Assembly (NCBI GenBank): GCA_964016885.1
Contig: OZ024740.1
Location: 212,288,001-212,352,000 of the forward strand
Direction of reading: 5' to 3'
Source of the DNA: Eledone cirrhosa
Taxonomy: Eukaryota
Length of the DNA stretch: 64,000 bases
Part shown: positions 61,197-64,000 of the stretch, piece by piece
Numbering within the stretch: the stretch's first letter is position 1
Layout of the letters: every line of letters begins with the position of its first letter
Notes under the pieces: generated by a model
The model's input: the letters and a program-made list of their open reading frames with translations, nothing else
Told to the model about the DNA's origin: nothing
Databases searched by the model: none
Made by a program: the position numbers and the translations under genes

Positions 61197-61795
61197 CTAG
61201 CAGAATGGCCCGGCGTTGCTCGGGATTTGCTCTAGGGTTCTTATATATTTGATATATATTTATCCTTATCGACCCTCGTGAAATAAATACGTTTGTTTAT
61301 ATTTTGTTATTGTGTACGCGAAAATATCTGTACACGAATATCTATATTAAAATAACATATTAAAGTTTAAGCAAAGAATCGCTGCTTTCACTCTTAACGG
61401 GATCTTCTGAAACTAAAAAAATCAATCTTTGAATGCAGATGTAAATATTTCGAAAAACGTTACAACCGAAGGAAAGCAGGTAGACGATACTTTGGTTCGT
61501 GCAGACGTTCCCTGGCATAAGGATATATATATATACACACACTATATACACATATATACACACACACATTGATCGCGTCATAATGACGTAAGGTAGACAG
61601 TCAGGCATACAGAGAGATATTATAAGGGCGCGACATTATATCTATGTATCTATCTAATGCATTGAAAATTTGAAGTTTTTTTGCTCAAAACACCCACGGA
61701 ACCATATGTATTACATTGTGTAAAGTTTGAAAAAACTTGGTTGGGTGGTTCTCGAGTTTTAGTGATTGGACAGACAGACATTCTCTGTTTTAGTA

Positions 61796-61805
<10 letters not shown>
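61197..61805 (-). mobile_element. Non-autonomous Helitron
   Basis: 3' hairpin plus CTAG at 61197; typical 5' region TATATTACTAAAACAGAGAATGTCTGTCTGTCC near 61800. Confidence 0.7.
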
Positions 61806-61828
<23 letters not shown>

Positions 61829-61845
61829 GATGTGTGTGGGTGTGT

Positions 61846-61959
<114 letters not shown>

Positions 61960-62042
61960 ATCCGGGATTTAACATGATTTAACATGTCGATTAATGGTGA
62001 AATATATTTCTAGATGTTTGATGTGTTTATTATATATATATA

Positions 62043-63100
62043 TCTAATATATATTTGTGAAATGGGCGGTGGTTGAAATTCAAATGTGCACGGTTAAATG
62101 GTAGTAGACGTGGTCGGACTGACATGGAAATTTACACACCTATGTAAAAAGTGCCAAGGAAGCAAATAGACGAGGTTTCAAATCTCTAACTTGAAAAATG
62201 TGGTCGCTGGGGCCCCAAAACTATCGCGTTCGGTCAGTTATTTCCCCCTGTTCTAATACTTTTGTCTTATTTACAATTTCATCATCCTTCTACATTTAAC
62301 GATCATACAGTACAGTTTTATGAAATCGATTCTGCAGTACGGTCACTGTTTTCCATCAAAAGAAATAAAACCCTCGGCGATACTTGGTTTTAGTGTCCTA
62401 AATTATCATCATCGACATTCAATTATTAGCTCCACCCACTACACGATACGCCACGAAGGTAAATGTTTCGAAATAATTTTAAACTGTATATCTCAACAAT
62501 ATATTGTTTAAAGAAATTTTTTTTCTGTTGTTAAAAACTGTAAATCTGTTTTAAAAAAAATGTATTTCGCAGCAATTTTTTTTCTGTTAAAAACTGTAAA
62601 TAAATATTCATGTAAAAATGAAGCATAGTGTTTCGGTTAAATACATATTTTTAAAACAGATTTACAGTTTTAAACAACAGAAAAAAAATTTCTTTAAACA
62701 ATATATTGTTGCGATATACAGTTTAACATTTTTTCGAAACATTTACCTTCGTGACGTATCGTATTTCGCAGCAATTTTTTTTCTGTTAAAACTAAATAAA
62801 TATTCATGTAAAAATGAAGCATAGTGTTTCGGTTAAAAACTTAAAAACTGTAAATAAATATTTATTTTGTTCAAAAAATAAATCAAAAATCTAATTTTCT
62901 CTGTTAATATTTTAATAAATATCTATTCTAAAAATTTAATGTTTTTTCAAGTAAAAATGAAGCATGTAAGAAAATGAACATATAAAAATCAAGTCGCAGC
63001 AGGAGCTGATGACGTGTCGTGACGTATCGTGTAGTGGGTGGAGCTAATAATTGAATGTCGATGATGATAATTTAGGACACTAAAACCAAGTATCGCCAAA
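62043..63100 (+). mobile_element. Probable Helitron 5' part with nested inverted and direct repeats
   Basis: A|TCTAATATAT start; 62377-62560 is mirrored in pieces at 62640-62762 and 63016-63097. Confidence 0.45.
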
Positions 63101-63146
63101 CCCTTAAATTGCGAAGAAGGGATGCGTGTTTTTATTTTAATTCTAA

Positions 63147-64000
63147 CTAGCATTAAAGCCCGGCGTTGCTCGGGGTCAGTAAGTTACCAAAGTTAGGTTG
63201 CACCACCCATTTTATGGCAGCACTTTTTTGTCTGCCAGGCACTGGGTGAATAAATTGCAGACTTGGACTGCCGAAGCAGGAGCTGCGTCAGCAGTGACAA
63301 TTGTAGTTTCACCTATGGATATTATCTTTGTGCAAAAAAGTGTTGAAATTTATTGTTTCACAGTACTTGCGCAACACGCGCGTAGACGATGCCAGCCGAA
63401 CAACAGAGCTGCGATGGAGCTGTTCTGCATGGTTGTCTAATGTGTGTTTTCTAAATTTAAGACAGTAGGGAGGGGTGTGATATGGGGGAGAGTTAGCTGC
63501 TGTTTCTAGCAGGTTTAGTGACCTCATAGAGGATATGTTTTCTAAATTTAAGAAAGTAGGGAGTGGTGTGATATGGGGGAGAGTTAGCTGCTGTTTCTAG
63601 CAGGTTTAGTGACCTCATTGAGGATATTATTGTGTATAGTAAATGAACTGATACTCTTTCTTCCACGTTCGTTGATAGATGTTTTAAAAAAGATTTATCG
63701 GTATTTTTTTGTTGTTGTTGAATAAATTTATCTGTTGCTTTTGAATAATTGTTGTTTCGTATGAAACAAAAATTATTGTTTGTAAGTTTAATCGTATATC
63801 AGAGAAAGTTGCAGCATGTATGTAGTTATATCGAATTTTAAGGGGAGTAGAGAGAGGTAATCAGATTCTATTATAGGGGGAAAGCGTCATGTATTTAGTT
63901 TTATCGATTATTTCCGTAATTGTTGGTGAATTTGAATGAAATAAATAGTCGTTGACCTAAGTTAGACCATTTACAACATTCTTACAGACTTTGAGTTGAA
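63147..64000 (-). mobile_element. Helitron 3' end and adjacent internal sequence, with a ~90 bp tandem duplication (63448-63626)
   Basis: The plus strand reads CTAGCATTAAAGCCCGGCGTTGCTCGGG. Confidence 0.6.

Overview
Eukaryotic, AT- and microsatellite-rich intronic/intergenic DNA, most likely from an octopod cephalopod (inferred from SINE families I recognise from octopus genomes). It is almost entirely nested transposable elements: RTE, Tx1, R4/Dong and CRE non-LTR retrotransposons, two partial copies of a tRNA-Trp-primed Ty3/Gypsy element with three LTR copies, Penelope-like (PLE) RT and GIY-YIG fragments, Helitrons, Tc1/mariner remnants and SINEs. Host-gene signal is limited to one probable coiled-coil exon (4184-4399) and a disrupted, intron-containing HtrL/YibB-like gene (32970-34160). 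The main unexplained signal is about 16 type I hammerhead-ribozyme motifs from roughly 9-10 unrelated non-coding families. Most sit in tandem or fold-back units next to (TA)n, one family shows compensatory stem changes, and two fold-back junctions fall at or next to the predicted self-cleavage site. A second signal is a 10-kb (ATT)n landing pad shared in opposite orientations by an APE-type Tx1 and RLE-type Dong elements. All calls were made by eye, with no alignments or database searches; many boundaries are approximate.
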